A DNA stretch of 15,970 bases from Octopus sinensis (taxonomy: Eukaryota), in NCBI RefSeq assembly GCF_006345805.1, contig NW_021825281.1:1-15970 (forward strand), written 5' to 3'. Numbering within the stretch: position 1 is the first letter of the stretch; each line of letters begins with the position of its first letter. This document shows positions 1 to 9,989 of the stretch, piece after piece. Position numbers and translations under genes: made by a program. The notes beneath the pieces are model-generated. The model ran no database searches and was not told where the DNA came from. It worked only from the letters and a program-made list of their open reading frames with translations.

Positions 1-40
1 CACTCATACACACACACACATATATATATATATACATATA

Positions 41-190
41 TACGACAGGCTTCTTTCAGTTTCCGTCTACCAACCCACTCACAAGGCCTGGTCGGGGGCC
101 CGGGGCTATAGCAGAAGACACTGCCCAGATGCCACGCAGTGGGACTGAACCCGGAACCATGTGGTTGGTTAGCAAGCTACTTACCACACC
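41..190 (-). mobile_element. tRNA-derived SINE, family B (5' half)
   Basis: Reverse complement reads GGTGTGGTAAGTAGCTTGCTAACCAACCACATGGTTCCGGGTTCAGTCCCACTGCGTGGC...GTAGACGGAAACTGAAAGAAGCCTGTCGTA, then a TA/CA microsatellite. The same sequence recurs at 4546-4930, 7951-8309 and 13374-13544. It has a B-box-like GGTTCAGTCC. Confidence 0.9.
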
Positions 191-297
191 CCATTCTGCA
201 TTTGTTTATCAAATATGAAATAAATTTACATCTAAAGGTGATTGAAGCTTTTTTTTTTCAGTTAACGAAAAACAGGTTCTCCTCACTTAACGTCGTT

Positions 298-620
298 TCT
301 TTTCTACTCTAGGCACAAGCCCGAAATTTTGGGGGAGGGAACCGGTCGATTAGATCGACCAGTACGCAGCTGTACATAATTTATCGACCCCGAAAGATAA
401 AAGGTAAAGTCGACCCGGCGGAATTTGAACTCAGAATGTAAACGAAGACGAAATAACCTATTTCTTTACTATCCACAAGGAGCTAAACACAGAGGACAAA
501 CAGGACAGACAAACGGATTAAGTCGATTACATTGACCCCAGTGCATACTGGTTACTTAGTTTATCGACCCTAAAAGGTTGAAAGGCAAAGTCGAACCCGG
601 CGGAATTTGAACTCAGAATG
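298..620 (-). mobile_element. SINE family A composite dimer (body+tail alpha, body+tail beta)
   Basis: Two GAATTTGAACTCAGAA/GTCGACC bodies. Tail alpha lies at 459-521 and tail beta (CTACTCTAGGCACAAGCCCGAAATTTTTGGGG) at ~300-340. It mirrors 5089-5642. Confidence 0.88.
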
Positions 621-663
621 TTCACATGCACATGACCTGCCCACGGGCAGGCCACCTAGTCTT

Positions 664-800
664 GACTGGTACTTTATTTTATCGACCCTGAGGATTGAAG
701 GTTGAACCTCGGCGAGATTTAAATCCAGAACGTTAGAGACTTAGAAGAATGCTGCCAAGCATTTTGTCCAACATGCTAAAGATTCCGGGAACCCGTTGCC
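664..800 (-). mobile_element. Older, diverged SINE family A copy with head
   Basis: Reverse complement begins GGCAACGGGTTCCCGGAATCTTTAGCATGTTGGACAAAATGCTTGGCAGCATT, alignable by eye to the head GGCGGCGAGCTGGCAGAATCGTTAGCACGCCGGGC at 6541. Confidence 0.75.
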
Positions 801-945
801 TTGCGATGAATGACAACGACAGTCATTCAATTTGTTTTTCTTGTTTTGTTTTGGGTTTTTTTCACGAACATCATCTAAAATGCAGTCTTACACGTTTATT
901 GTCAACTTCATTTTAAGGTACGACAAAACTTGAAATATAAAACTG

Positions 946-1068
946 GTGAAACTTGAATATCCTGGTGAAGAAATACTGAATATGGAACTTATGGAGGTCG
1001 AATAGCACCGTGCGAGAATGAAAAAGAATTTAACAATTTCAGATTTGTCTGAGGTTTTTTATCCTTAG
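946..1068 (+). pseudogene. Degenerate pogo/Tigger transposase C-terminal remnant
   Basis: Translates as VKLEYPGEEILNMELMEVE*HRARMKKNLTISDLSEVFYP*. This resembles the acidic 'ESHGEELTNEELMELE...K(F/L)TxxxLxEAF' tail of Tigger transposases (recalled, not searched). It lies between the TIRs. Confidence 0.6.
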
Positions 1069-1712
1069 TTAAAACTACAGCCATTTTCACTGTAACAAAG
1101 ATACCTTAAGACATAGATCTTCAAACAGAATAAAAAATGAGTGATGCAAATATTTCTTATATATGTTAATAACACATATATATGTTTCAATATTTAATAC
1201 CAGAAGTGATTTCAGTCTTTATTAAGAAGTTTGTTGATGTTTTCCTGACCTGGGGATACATTGTATGAATGCAGTTCTTCATTATATCATGGAACGAACA
1301 GCAAAATTGTCGCTTTACGTCGTTTCACTAAAAGTCGCAATTTTTAAGAATCTGTCAACGACGTTAAGTGAAAACTGGCTGTACAAAGTATCAAAAGCTG
1401 AATATAACAGACACTTCTTGACATCTGTCTCATAGAAATGCAGGGAACTAATGATTAGCCCCGTGGAAGTCTATATGATTAAATATACGTCTCAGAGCTA
1501 TAACAAGGCGCCCCTATATTACCAAGCGGTCAAATTTTCTGCGCTGCCGGATAATGTTCGTTGGGTATTTGCACAAACGAAGAGTATCACACTATTACAC
1601 ATAAGACACGTGATGTAAATATAATTGCTTCTGCATATAAAAGAGTCTTCTAGCTGGGGTAACGGTGAGGCTTAATATGAAATAACTATTAGAATATCGG
1701 AATGCTTTATAC

Positions 1713-1713
<1 letters not shown>

Positions 1714-1764
<51 letters not shown>
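1714..1764. repeat. (TG)n microsatellite, ~25 units
   Basis: Pure TG run. Confidence 0.98.
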
Positions 1765-1765
<1 letters not shown>

Positions 1766-3129
1766 GTGTCTATCAATTGTTCTCCTTCACTGCACAACCC
1801 CGTTCCACGGAACAGCATTTCCATCTGATTTCTAAGCTTCGTCCGCCATTACTTTCACTGATTATGTCTCTTTCTCACTAATTCTATGATTCTCTCTTTC
1901 TTCATGGAAGATAAACGTCCCAAAAGTTAAGGCATTTTCTCTTTCTATCAAAACGTTAAGCTGATATTCTATTTGTCAAACTTTGGTTTTGTGGCTTTCC
2001 AGTCATGCTAGAGATGTATACTTCCTTGCACAGACGTGGCAATGACGGGCGCCTCTTGCAACGGGTGTTCAGAGAGATTATCACTCGCGCTGACACATGC
2101 CTTTATTCAATCTTGGAATTTTCATTGAGTGTTTTGTCTTTCTTGGGTATGGTGAGCCACAATTCAGAACAGAAATGCTAACAGAGATGTTAAAAGGCAA
2201 GCGATGCCTGTGTTTAAAGCTTTTTAAGGTAAGGAAAGGTCTTGAACAAGGCTAATAACCATTCTCTAGACAACATAGGCATTTTCACAGGAAAAAATAA
2301 CTAATCTTCATCATTGGATGTAAATGAAACCGAAAGGAGTTATATCGGAGTTGCCTCCTCCCAGAGGGATGTCTAAACAAAGACTGTTTAATGGCTGTTG
2401 AACCTTCAGAGTTTATCCGCCCATTGACTGGCTTTGTTTTTCATCCTATAGAGTGTCCAACGGAAACCACACTCCTTACCAAGCAGATTTACTAGCGTTG
2501 CCGATTTTGTCGTCGACGGCCTGCTATGCGGCATGTTGTACTGCGTCACGTGTTACCAGTAACACTAAAGCAGACCTGGCATAAAATATACATGCATATA
2601 TACATGTATTAAATAACAAGGGTAAATGTATCACATGTATAAGACACAATAATAAAACGATATAACTTTTTTGACAGAAGGTATTTAAAGTGAGCGCTGA
2701 ATAGACATTAAAAAATTCATATTTAATGTGGTTAATATATTGAAGTATAAAGACGGCTTTGAAAAAAAAGCAGTCGAAAATAGCTAAACGCTACACACAC
2801 ACACACACATAAATATATATGTATATATATATTTGTGTATTTTTCTTCCATCACGAATTCGTGTTTCTAAATGTCCTCCACTTAAGAGGAAGACAGAAGA
2901 GAGTCGTTCGTACAAGATCGGTACCGAATGTATAGGCAGGTCAAACCGAGTGAAAAACCGGAAAGATACGAGTGCAGCCGAAATGTCGATAATCTTTTAT
3001 TTCTTTTTTTTTATTTATTTTCCTTTTATTTTGTACGAGTAAAATGCGTTATAAGACTACGGAATTGTATGCAATTAATTGCAAAAATGGTATTTAAAAT
3101 CAACTTACAAAAATGAGCTGTCGCTTAAA

Positions 3130-3260
3130 TAACAGACATAAACATTTCACATATACACATAAATATACCCATATGTATGGTCATATACACATATTCATAG
3201 ATACACATATACACATACATACATATGCACACATATATGCATTATATATATATATATACA

Positions 3261-3311
<51 letters not shown>

Positions 3312-3365
3312 ATATGTATGTATGTATGTATGTATATAGGTATATATTCCTATACATGCATACAC

Positions 3366-3405
<40 letters not shown>

Positions 3406-3468
3406 GTATGTATGTATATACATACAGGCGCACACACACATACGCACATACATACATACACACACACA

Positions 3469-3503
<35 letters not shown>

Positions 3504-3619
3504 CTGTTCACGTATATCTATGTATGTACGGCTTACTATACACGCACACATACATACACACGCACACACGCACACAGCCATAGAGGCTAAGCTAAAAACC
3601 ATAAGTGTGTGTGTGTGCT

Positions 3620-3655
<36 letters not shown>

Positions 3656-3800
3656 GCAGTGTGTGTATGTGTGCGTATTAATGTATATGTGAGCATGTGT
3701 TTGTACAGTTCTTCATCTACGCGCGTGTGTACGCGTGTGTCTATTGTGTGTGTGTGTATGTATCTATTGTATGTGTGTGTGAGTGTGTATGTGTGGTGTG
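3130..3800. repeat. Compound microsatellite: (TA)n/(TACA)n/(CA)n followed by (TG)n
   Basis: Visible directly. It explains the YIYI/HTHT/CVCV pseudo-ORFs. Confidence 0.95.
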
Positions 3801-3885
3801 AGCGGTGATAGTTAAGTTTTGGTTAGATTATGAAACAAACAAGAGTCCAGTGTAGATGAACGAAGATAGCGAGCGTTACAGGAAA

Positions 3886-4235
3886 CTGGGGAGGGGAGGA
3901 GGAGGAGGAGCGGAGGGGAGGAGCGGAGGGAGGGAGGGAAGGAGGAAGGGGAGACCTGTTGAGTGAAGAAGCGCGGTGGGAGTGAGAAGTGTGAGAGGAG
4001 GGGTGAGCACTTGAAGAATGGTCGACATGTAGGAAGCATTTCGACGATGGAATTTTTATTACGCCATTTCTTAGGATTTGGTCTGCAACTGCCAGTAGTG
4101 TATGCGTACATGTGTGTGTGTAAATGTGTGTGTGAAAGAGAGAGGGAGTAGAAGGAGAGAGAGAGAGAGAGAGGGGGGGAGGTAGAGGGAGGGAGAGAGA
4201 GGGAGAGGAAGAGAGAGAGAGAGAGGGAGAGAGAG
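3886..4235 (+). repeat. Purine-rich GGA/GGGA and (GA)n tracts with a unique-looking core
   Basis: Near-homopurine tracts at 3886-3950 and ~4135-4235. Confidence 0.85.
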
Positions 4236-4329
4236 CGTATTTATACATAATCACACATAGATATGTACTTGTACGTAAGTATTGTATATATGTATGTATA
4301 TAAGTGTGTGTGTATGTGTGTGTACTCGT

Positions 4330-4453
4330 TTATTCTTTTCTTTTACTTGTTTCATTCATTGGATTGCGGTCATGCTGGAGCACCGTATTGACGGGTTTAG
4401 TCGAACAAATCTACTGCTAACTTATTCTATCGGTCTCTTTGTACGAACCGCTA
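4330..4453 (-). mobile_element. SINE family B 3' fragment
   Basis: TTACTTGTTTCATTCATTGGATTGCGGTCATGCTGGAGCACCG...TTATTCTATCGGTCTCTTT...GAACCGCTA matches 4546-4690 and 7951-8070. Confidence 0.85.
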
Positions 4454-4545
4454 CACTGCGCAGGCTCAAAAAATAAGCAACGCCATTTGTAAAGCGATTT
4501 GGGGATGACAGATTACTCACAGAAAGACACACAATCACATATCTC

Positions 4546-4930
4546 CTACTTGATCAAGTCATTTGACTGCGGCCATGCTGGGGCACCGCCTAGAAGAAAT
4601 TTAGTCGAACGAATTGACCGCAGGACTTATTCTTTTATAAAGGCTGGTACTTATTCTATTGGTCTCTTTTGACGAACCGCTAGGTTACGGAGACGTAAAC
4701 GCATCAACACCGGATGTCAAGCAGTGGTAGAAGACAGACACACAGATACACACATATGGATCAATATAAATATATATACGTCGGGCTTTTCTCAGTTTCC
4801 GTCTACCAAATCCACACACAAGACTTTGATCAACCCTGGGCTATAGTAGAAGACACTTGCCCAAGGTGCCACTCAGTGGGACTGAACCCGGAACCATGTG
4901 ACTAGGAAGCAAACTTCTTACCACACAGCC
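4546..4930 (-). mobile_element. SINE family B, near full length with internal microsatellite linker
   Basis: tRNA-like head at 4930->4870, body to ~4780, CA/TA linker, and 3' part GTCATTTGACTGCGGCCATGCTGG at ~4558. An older fragment follows at 4931-5055. Confidence 0.9.
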
Positions 4931-5088
4931 GGGCTTCCACTCAATCTCTGTCTGCCAAATTCATTCACAAGACATCAATCGTCCCGGTATTTAGTCTTGA
5001 CACCAATAGAAAACAGGACTGAAACCGTAACGACTTGGTCTTAGGCATACAGCCATGTGTGCATGTGTGTGTGTGTGTGTGTTTGTAA

Positions 5089-5642
5089 GGCGGCGAGCTG
5101 ACAGAAACGTTAGCACGCCGGGCGAAATGCGTAGCCGTATTTCGTCTGCCGTTACGTTCTGAGTTCAAATTCCGCCGAGGTCGACTTTGCCTTTCATCCT
5201 TTCGGGGTCGATAAATTAAGAATCAGTTACGCACTGGGGTCGATATAATCGACTTAATCCGTTTGTCTGTCCTTGTTTATTCTCTCTGTGTTTAGCCCCT
5301 TGTAGGTAGTAAAGAAATAGGTATTTCGTCTGCCTCTACGTTCTGAGTTCAAATTCCGCCGAGGTCGACTTTACCTTTCATCTTTTCTGGGTCGACTTTA
5401 CCTTTCATCCTTTCTGGGTCGACTAAATAAGTACCAGTCACGCACTGGTACTTAACAGTATTTAAATGCTTAACAGTATTTCGTCTGTCTTTACGTTCTG
5501 AGTTCAAATTCCACCGAGGTCGACTTTACTTTTCATCCTTTCGGGGTCGATAAATTAAGTACCAGATGCGTAGTGAGGTCGATCTAATCGACTGGCTCCC
5601 TCCCCAAAAATTTCGGGCTTTGTGCCTAGAGTAGAAAAGAAT
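5089..5642 (+). mobile_element. SINE family A composite array (head+body+tail alpha; body; body+tail beta)
   Basis: Head GGCGGCGAGCTG at 5089 and B-box-like GAGTTCAAATTCC at 5161. Bodies restart at 5321 and ~5464. There is a 27-bp tandem duplication (5363-5389/5390-5416). Tail alpha is 5254-5320 and tail beta is 5593-5642. Confidence 0.92.
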
Positions 5643-5939
5643 ATGTGTGTGTGTGCGTGTGTGCGTGTGTGTGTGTGGTCTGTGTGGGTGGGTGGGTGTG
5701 TGTGTGTGTGTACGTATGAATTTTCTGTATACGTTGATGACCTTTCCGTTGTGTCTATTAAGTATTGATTTATGCATGTGTATACGTGTGAATTATACGT
5801 ATGCGCATGTGCGTGAGTGTGTGTGTGGTGTGTGTGTGTGCGTGCGTGCGCGCGCACGCACGATGGTGTTTAGAATGTCTATGTACGTGAGTGCTCGTTG
5901 TGGTATTTAAAATCTTGATACCAATGTGAGTGAGCAGGT

Positions 5940-5981
<42 letters not shown>

Positions 5982-6040
5982 GTAACAGCTGTATTGCGAT
6001 TATACGTCGTCGTTGCAAATGGTGTTGTTGTTGTTGCTGT

Positions 6041-6484
6041 TACTCTTTTGTACTCTAGGTATAGTGGAGGCGCGTGGCGTAGTGGTTAAGGTATCAGCTT
6101 CATGATCGTAAGATTGTGGTTTCGATTCCTGGACCGGGCGACACGTTGTGTTCTTGAGCAAAACACTTCATTTCACGTTGCTCCGATCCACTCAGCTGGC
6201 AAAAATGAGTAACGCTGCGATGGACTGGCGCCCCGTCCAGCTGGGGAACACATACGCCATAGACCTGGGAAAGCGGGCCCATGAACCTGGCTAGGCTTTA
6301 AAAGGATGCATTTATTTATTTATTTATTTTACTCTAGGTACAAGGCCCGAAATTTTGGGGGAGGCGACCAGTCGATTAGATTGACCTCAGTGCGCAACTT
6401 GTACTTAATTTATCTAACACGAAAGGATGAAAGGCAAAGTCGACTATGGAGGAATTTGAACTCAGAACGTAGCGGCAGACGAAA
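6041..6484 (-). mobile_element. SINE family A unit with tail beta, split by the family C insertion
   Basis: Body GAATTTGAACTCAGAACGTAGCGGCAGACGAAA ends at 6484. Tail beta TACTCTAGGTACAAGGCCCGAAATTTTGGGGG starts at 6330, and its terminal remnant is at 6041-6061. Confidence 0.85.
6062..6329 (+). mobile_element. tRNA-derived SINE, family C, full length with 11-bp TSD
   Basis: A-box TGGCGTAGTGG (6075-6085), B-box-like GGTTTCGATTCC (6118-6129) and an (ATTT)n tail. It is flanked by the direct repeat TACTCTAGGTA at 6051-6061 and 6330-6340. Confidence 0.9.
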
Positions 6485-6540
6485 GAACGGTTTTCGTTTC
6501 TCTTCTGTTGTAGGATGTTGCTATTTCTTTGAATGGAAAA

Positions 6541-6750
6541 GGCGGCGAGCTGGCAGAATCGTTAGCACGCCGGGCTAAATGCTTGGCAGTATGTCGTCTG
6601 CATTTACGTTCTGAGATCAAATTCCACCAAGATTAATTTTACCTTTCCTCCTTTCGGGGTCAATAACATTAGTACCATTTGAGCTCTGGAGTCGATGTAA
6701 TCGACTTACACTCCTCCCCTGAACTTACTGGTCTTGCACCAATATTTCCA
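6541..6750 (+). mobile_element. SINE family A monomer with a third tail variant
   Basis: GGCGGCGAGCTGGCAGAATCGTTAGCACGCCGGGC head and body. After ATCGACT the tail (TACACTCCTCCCCTGAACTTACTGGTCTTGCACC) differs from tails alpha and beta. Confidence 0.88.
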
Positions 6751-7074
6751 ACTACCACTACAGCTACTACTGCTGCTGCTGCTGCTACTACTACTACTAT
6801 CGTTATTATCATTATTTATTTTATGCATTATTTATATGGTTTTATTTAGTTTATCTACAGATTGGGATCTCGACTGTTCGTATTGCCGCTTTTGCACAAA
6901 TCTATCTTTTGATTTTGGTGACGTTTGTATAAACAGAGAACATACTAAATCACTGTAGATAACGATGTGGGTGTTGTTGTTGATGTTGTTGTTGTAATAG
7001 GGTCGGGTGGAGGAGCTATGGTGGGTTAGATAAGGTGAAAAGGCAAGCAATTAGGGTACTGATGTAAAAAGATA

Positions 7075-7078
<4 letters not shown>

Positions 7079-7120
<42 letters not shown>
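7079..7120. repeat. (GA)n microsatellite
   Basis: Pure GA run. Confidence 0.97.
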
Positions 7121-7121
<1 letters not shown>

Positions 7122-7383
7122 GGAGGCAGGCAGACATAGACAAACAGACAGACAGGCAGACAGGCAGGGATAGAGAGATGGAGAGGGAGAGATCAAATGT
7201 TGCTAATGTTTTGAAAAGATTGATGAACAGAAGGAGAGAGAGGGAGCTCCGTTTGATAAATATTCCCTGCTGAAGTAGGTCTCCAGACCAATCTTACGCA
7301 CTAATACTCTCTCATACACACACACACACACACACACACCCTTATACATACTAATACATACACCAACCCTATACATACACACA

Positions 7384-7950
<567 letters not shown>

Positions 7951-8309
7951 TTCTTTCTTTCTTTTATTCTTTTATTTGTTCCAGTCATTTGACTGCGGCC
8001 ATGCTGGAGCACCGCCTTTAGTAGAACAAATGGATCCCAGGATTTATTCTTTGTAAGCCTAGTTTTTATTCTAGCGGTTGTTAAGCGATGGTGGGGGGGA
8101 CAAACAGACACTCAAATACATACACACACACACATACATACATACATACGACGGGATTCTTTCAGTTTCCATCAGCACAATCCACTCACAAGGCTTTGGT
8201 CGGCTCGAAGCTATAGTAGAAGACACTTGCCCAAGGTGCCATGCAGTGGTACTGAACCCGGAACTACGTGGTTGGGAAGCAAGCTACTTACCACACAGCC
8301 ACTCCTGCA
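7951..8309 (-). mobile_element. SINE family B, near full length (deletion in the 3' part)
   Basis: Reverse-complement head GCAGGAGTGGCTGTGTGGTAAGTAGCTTGC, CA/CATA linker at ~8110-8147, 3' part CAGTCATTTGACTGCGGCCATGCTGGAGCACCGCC, and (TTC/TTTA) tail. Confidence 0.92.
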
Positions 8310-9215
8310 CCTATATGTATATACAAATATAAGTGTCTGTCTGTCTGTCTGTATATGTATAAATGTGTGTGTGCTTGTATGAATGTATATGTAGGTGTAG
8401 TGAATGTTTGTGTGCACATACATAGATGCATATGTACGAACACACGCACATATGGACACACACACATGCATGCATGCATACATAGATAATACATGCATAC
8501 ATACATACATACATACATACATACATACATACATAGTAGGAGTGTGGTTATAGGGTAATGTGATACGCCTAATAGAGTAGTCATTGCAATCTTATTGCTT
8601 CCAGCTCGCTTGTTATTGGCCAGCCCCTGTAGTGAACCGAGAAACGAGCCCTTAGGTGAGTCTAGGAATGCACTCAAGGCGAGAAAGAAACTGTGGCGAT
8701 CAGACTGAATTTCCGTCAGCTTCCGGTAGCGAAGAAAAAATATCAGTTGTCATGAGGCTTTCTCGCCACTGGATCTACCCCCTTCGCAGCTCAAGCAATG
8801 ATGCCGACAAATGCGTACCCCGACCTACGCTAAAACCATTTTTTTATGCTGATAAACTTTTCCATGACATTGATCTTCGATCTTAGATACTGCATCCTTA
8901 AAATAATTAGGTGGTGATAGAAAATCTTGCAATTAAGACAGATGTCGACGTGCGAGAAGTGTTTAGTGAGAATACTTTACGTCATCCACACATAACAACG
9001 TTGCAGCTAGGTTTAAGAAGGAATTTGCCCCCAGTTGACTCGTGTGTGAGACTGAGTGTCTCTTTCTAAAGTCCACACTGCTTACTCCAGCCAGTGGAAT
9101 TCCCCTAAATATGGCCTGAATCGCCCGTTCAAATCAGTTCCCGAACAGGAAACTGCGCCTATCTGAATATTCTTAATTGAACTCAGGAAACTGACTAAGC
9201 AAAACAGCACTTCAG

Positions 9216-9945
9216 CTTGTCACGCGGAATGTCTAACACAGTTTCATGTCAGAAATTAGATCAACTTACTTCAGCCTCGAACAGCTGGAGTTAGCCTGTA
9301 AACTAGGTGGGGTCTACTGTTTAGAACCTGTCATTTAAGGGTCTGCTACTGCACTCATTGAAAACTGACTACCCCCATAAACCTCTTTAACAGAGGTTTG
9401 TTGGGGTACCTTATTCTAGAATGGCGGCATCAGTAACATAACATCGGTTTTGCTTTGAGAAACAGTCTGCTGTCTGAACTGACCGAGACCCCGTTTATAA
9501 GCAACTGATGTAATTTCGTATTCCACTTGCAGAAAGTCTCAATGACGGAGTAACTGTGCAGTAATCTGCCATCTTGAGAGTCTGAACAAAGACCGCTTAT
9601 ATCAGGCAGTAACTAAAATACCAAAACAAGACAAATTCCTCCTAATAGGTAATTGTGATAGGATGAAAGAATTAAAAAACTGGATCGGATGATTAGTGAC
9701 CATAGAGTTAGGGAAACTAACAGAAAGGAGATCAGACTTCGTTTTCTTTATGCGACAAACAACGTCAACATTACAATACTATCTCCCAGGAGAAAAGCGA
9801 TTGCTAGTCTTCAGGCAGGCATCCTGGATATAAATGTCGAAATCTTGTTAGCTACAACAGGGTTAGGCGGGTAGACCTCAAAACATATTCTGCTCATTCT
9901 AGTCACTTGTGTATTGAGGGATGCTGCTCGTTGGACAGAAAATGC
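9216..9945 (+). pseudogene. Ancient RTE-clade LINE, APE-type endonuclease domain fossil
   Basis: Colinear motifs across frameshifts: LVTRNV* (9216; cf. WNVRTL), ALIEN*L (9351; cf. ALSETRL), SLTEVCWGTLF*NG (9384-9425; cf. SLTEVGAGYTFFWSG), HNIGFALRNSL (9437), FRIPLA (9514), KDRLYQAVTKIPKQDKFLLIGN (9588-9653; cf. IPKxDKxxLLGDFN), ISDHRVRETN..IRL (9692), RHPGYKCRNLVSYNRVR (9817-9867; cf. RHPRSKHWHLIDYIIVR), WTEN (9932; cf. WTDH). The comparison motifs are recalled consensus. 8535-9215 may be the 5' UTR/ORF1 region (unverified). Confidence 0.85.
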
Positions 9946-9989
9946 CTCAGTAACCTCAGGCAATAATGTCATGCAAAAAAACACTTTAC

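Larger units (their letters stand above)
273..1383 (+). mobile_element. Fossil Tc1/mariner-superfamily (Tigger/pogo-like) DNA transposon, internally deleted and interrupted by SINEs
   Basis: Left end CAG-N7-TCACTTAACGTCGTT (273-297) and right end AACGACGTTAAGTGA-N7-CTG (1357-1381) share a perfect 15-bp inverted core. The right end is followed by TA (1382-1383); the left flank is AA rather than TA. A transposase-like remnant lies inside. Confidence 0.75.

Noticed and set aside
2746-2779. Hairpin GACGGCT/AGCAGTC followed by GAAA (hammerhead-like right half)
   Set aside because: There is no CUGANGA in register upstream and no stem III/UH downstream; at best a heavily decayed relic.
2852-2990. 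Palindromes CACGAATTCGTG (2852-2863) and TCGGTACCGA (2918-2927), plus CCGAAATGTC
   Set aside because: The palindromes are short and isolated, and no stem II or core could be built for a ribozyme.
3113-3808. Long ORFs rich in YI/HT/CV (also 5526-6018, 7614-8111, 8211-8677, 12621-12833, 13424-14109)
   Set aside because: These are translations of dinucleotide and tetranucleotide microsatellites, which lack stop codons; there is no protein-like complexity.
4030-4085. Minus-strand CCTAAGAAATGG...CCATCGTCGAAATGC resembling a hammerhead
   Set aside because: The core is defective (CUAAGA), stem II is out of register, and there is no stem I.
5875-5943. Perfect splice donor CAG|GTAAGT at 5935-5943 with an upstream TTTAG acceptor
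   Set aside because: The implied ~63-bp exon has stops in all three frames and sits among microsatellites. A non-coding exon cannot be excluded but is unsupported.
6851-6962. 10-bp inverted repeat TTATCTACAG/CTGTAGATAA around ~92 bp (mini-MITE?)
   Set aside because: It is too short, has no TSD, and has no second copy in the window.
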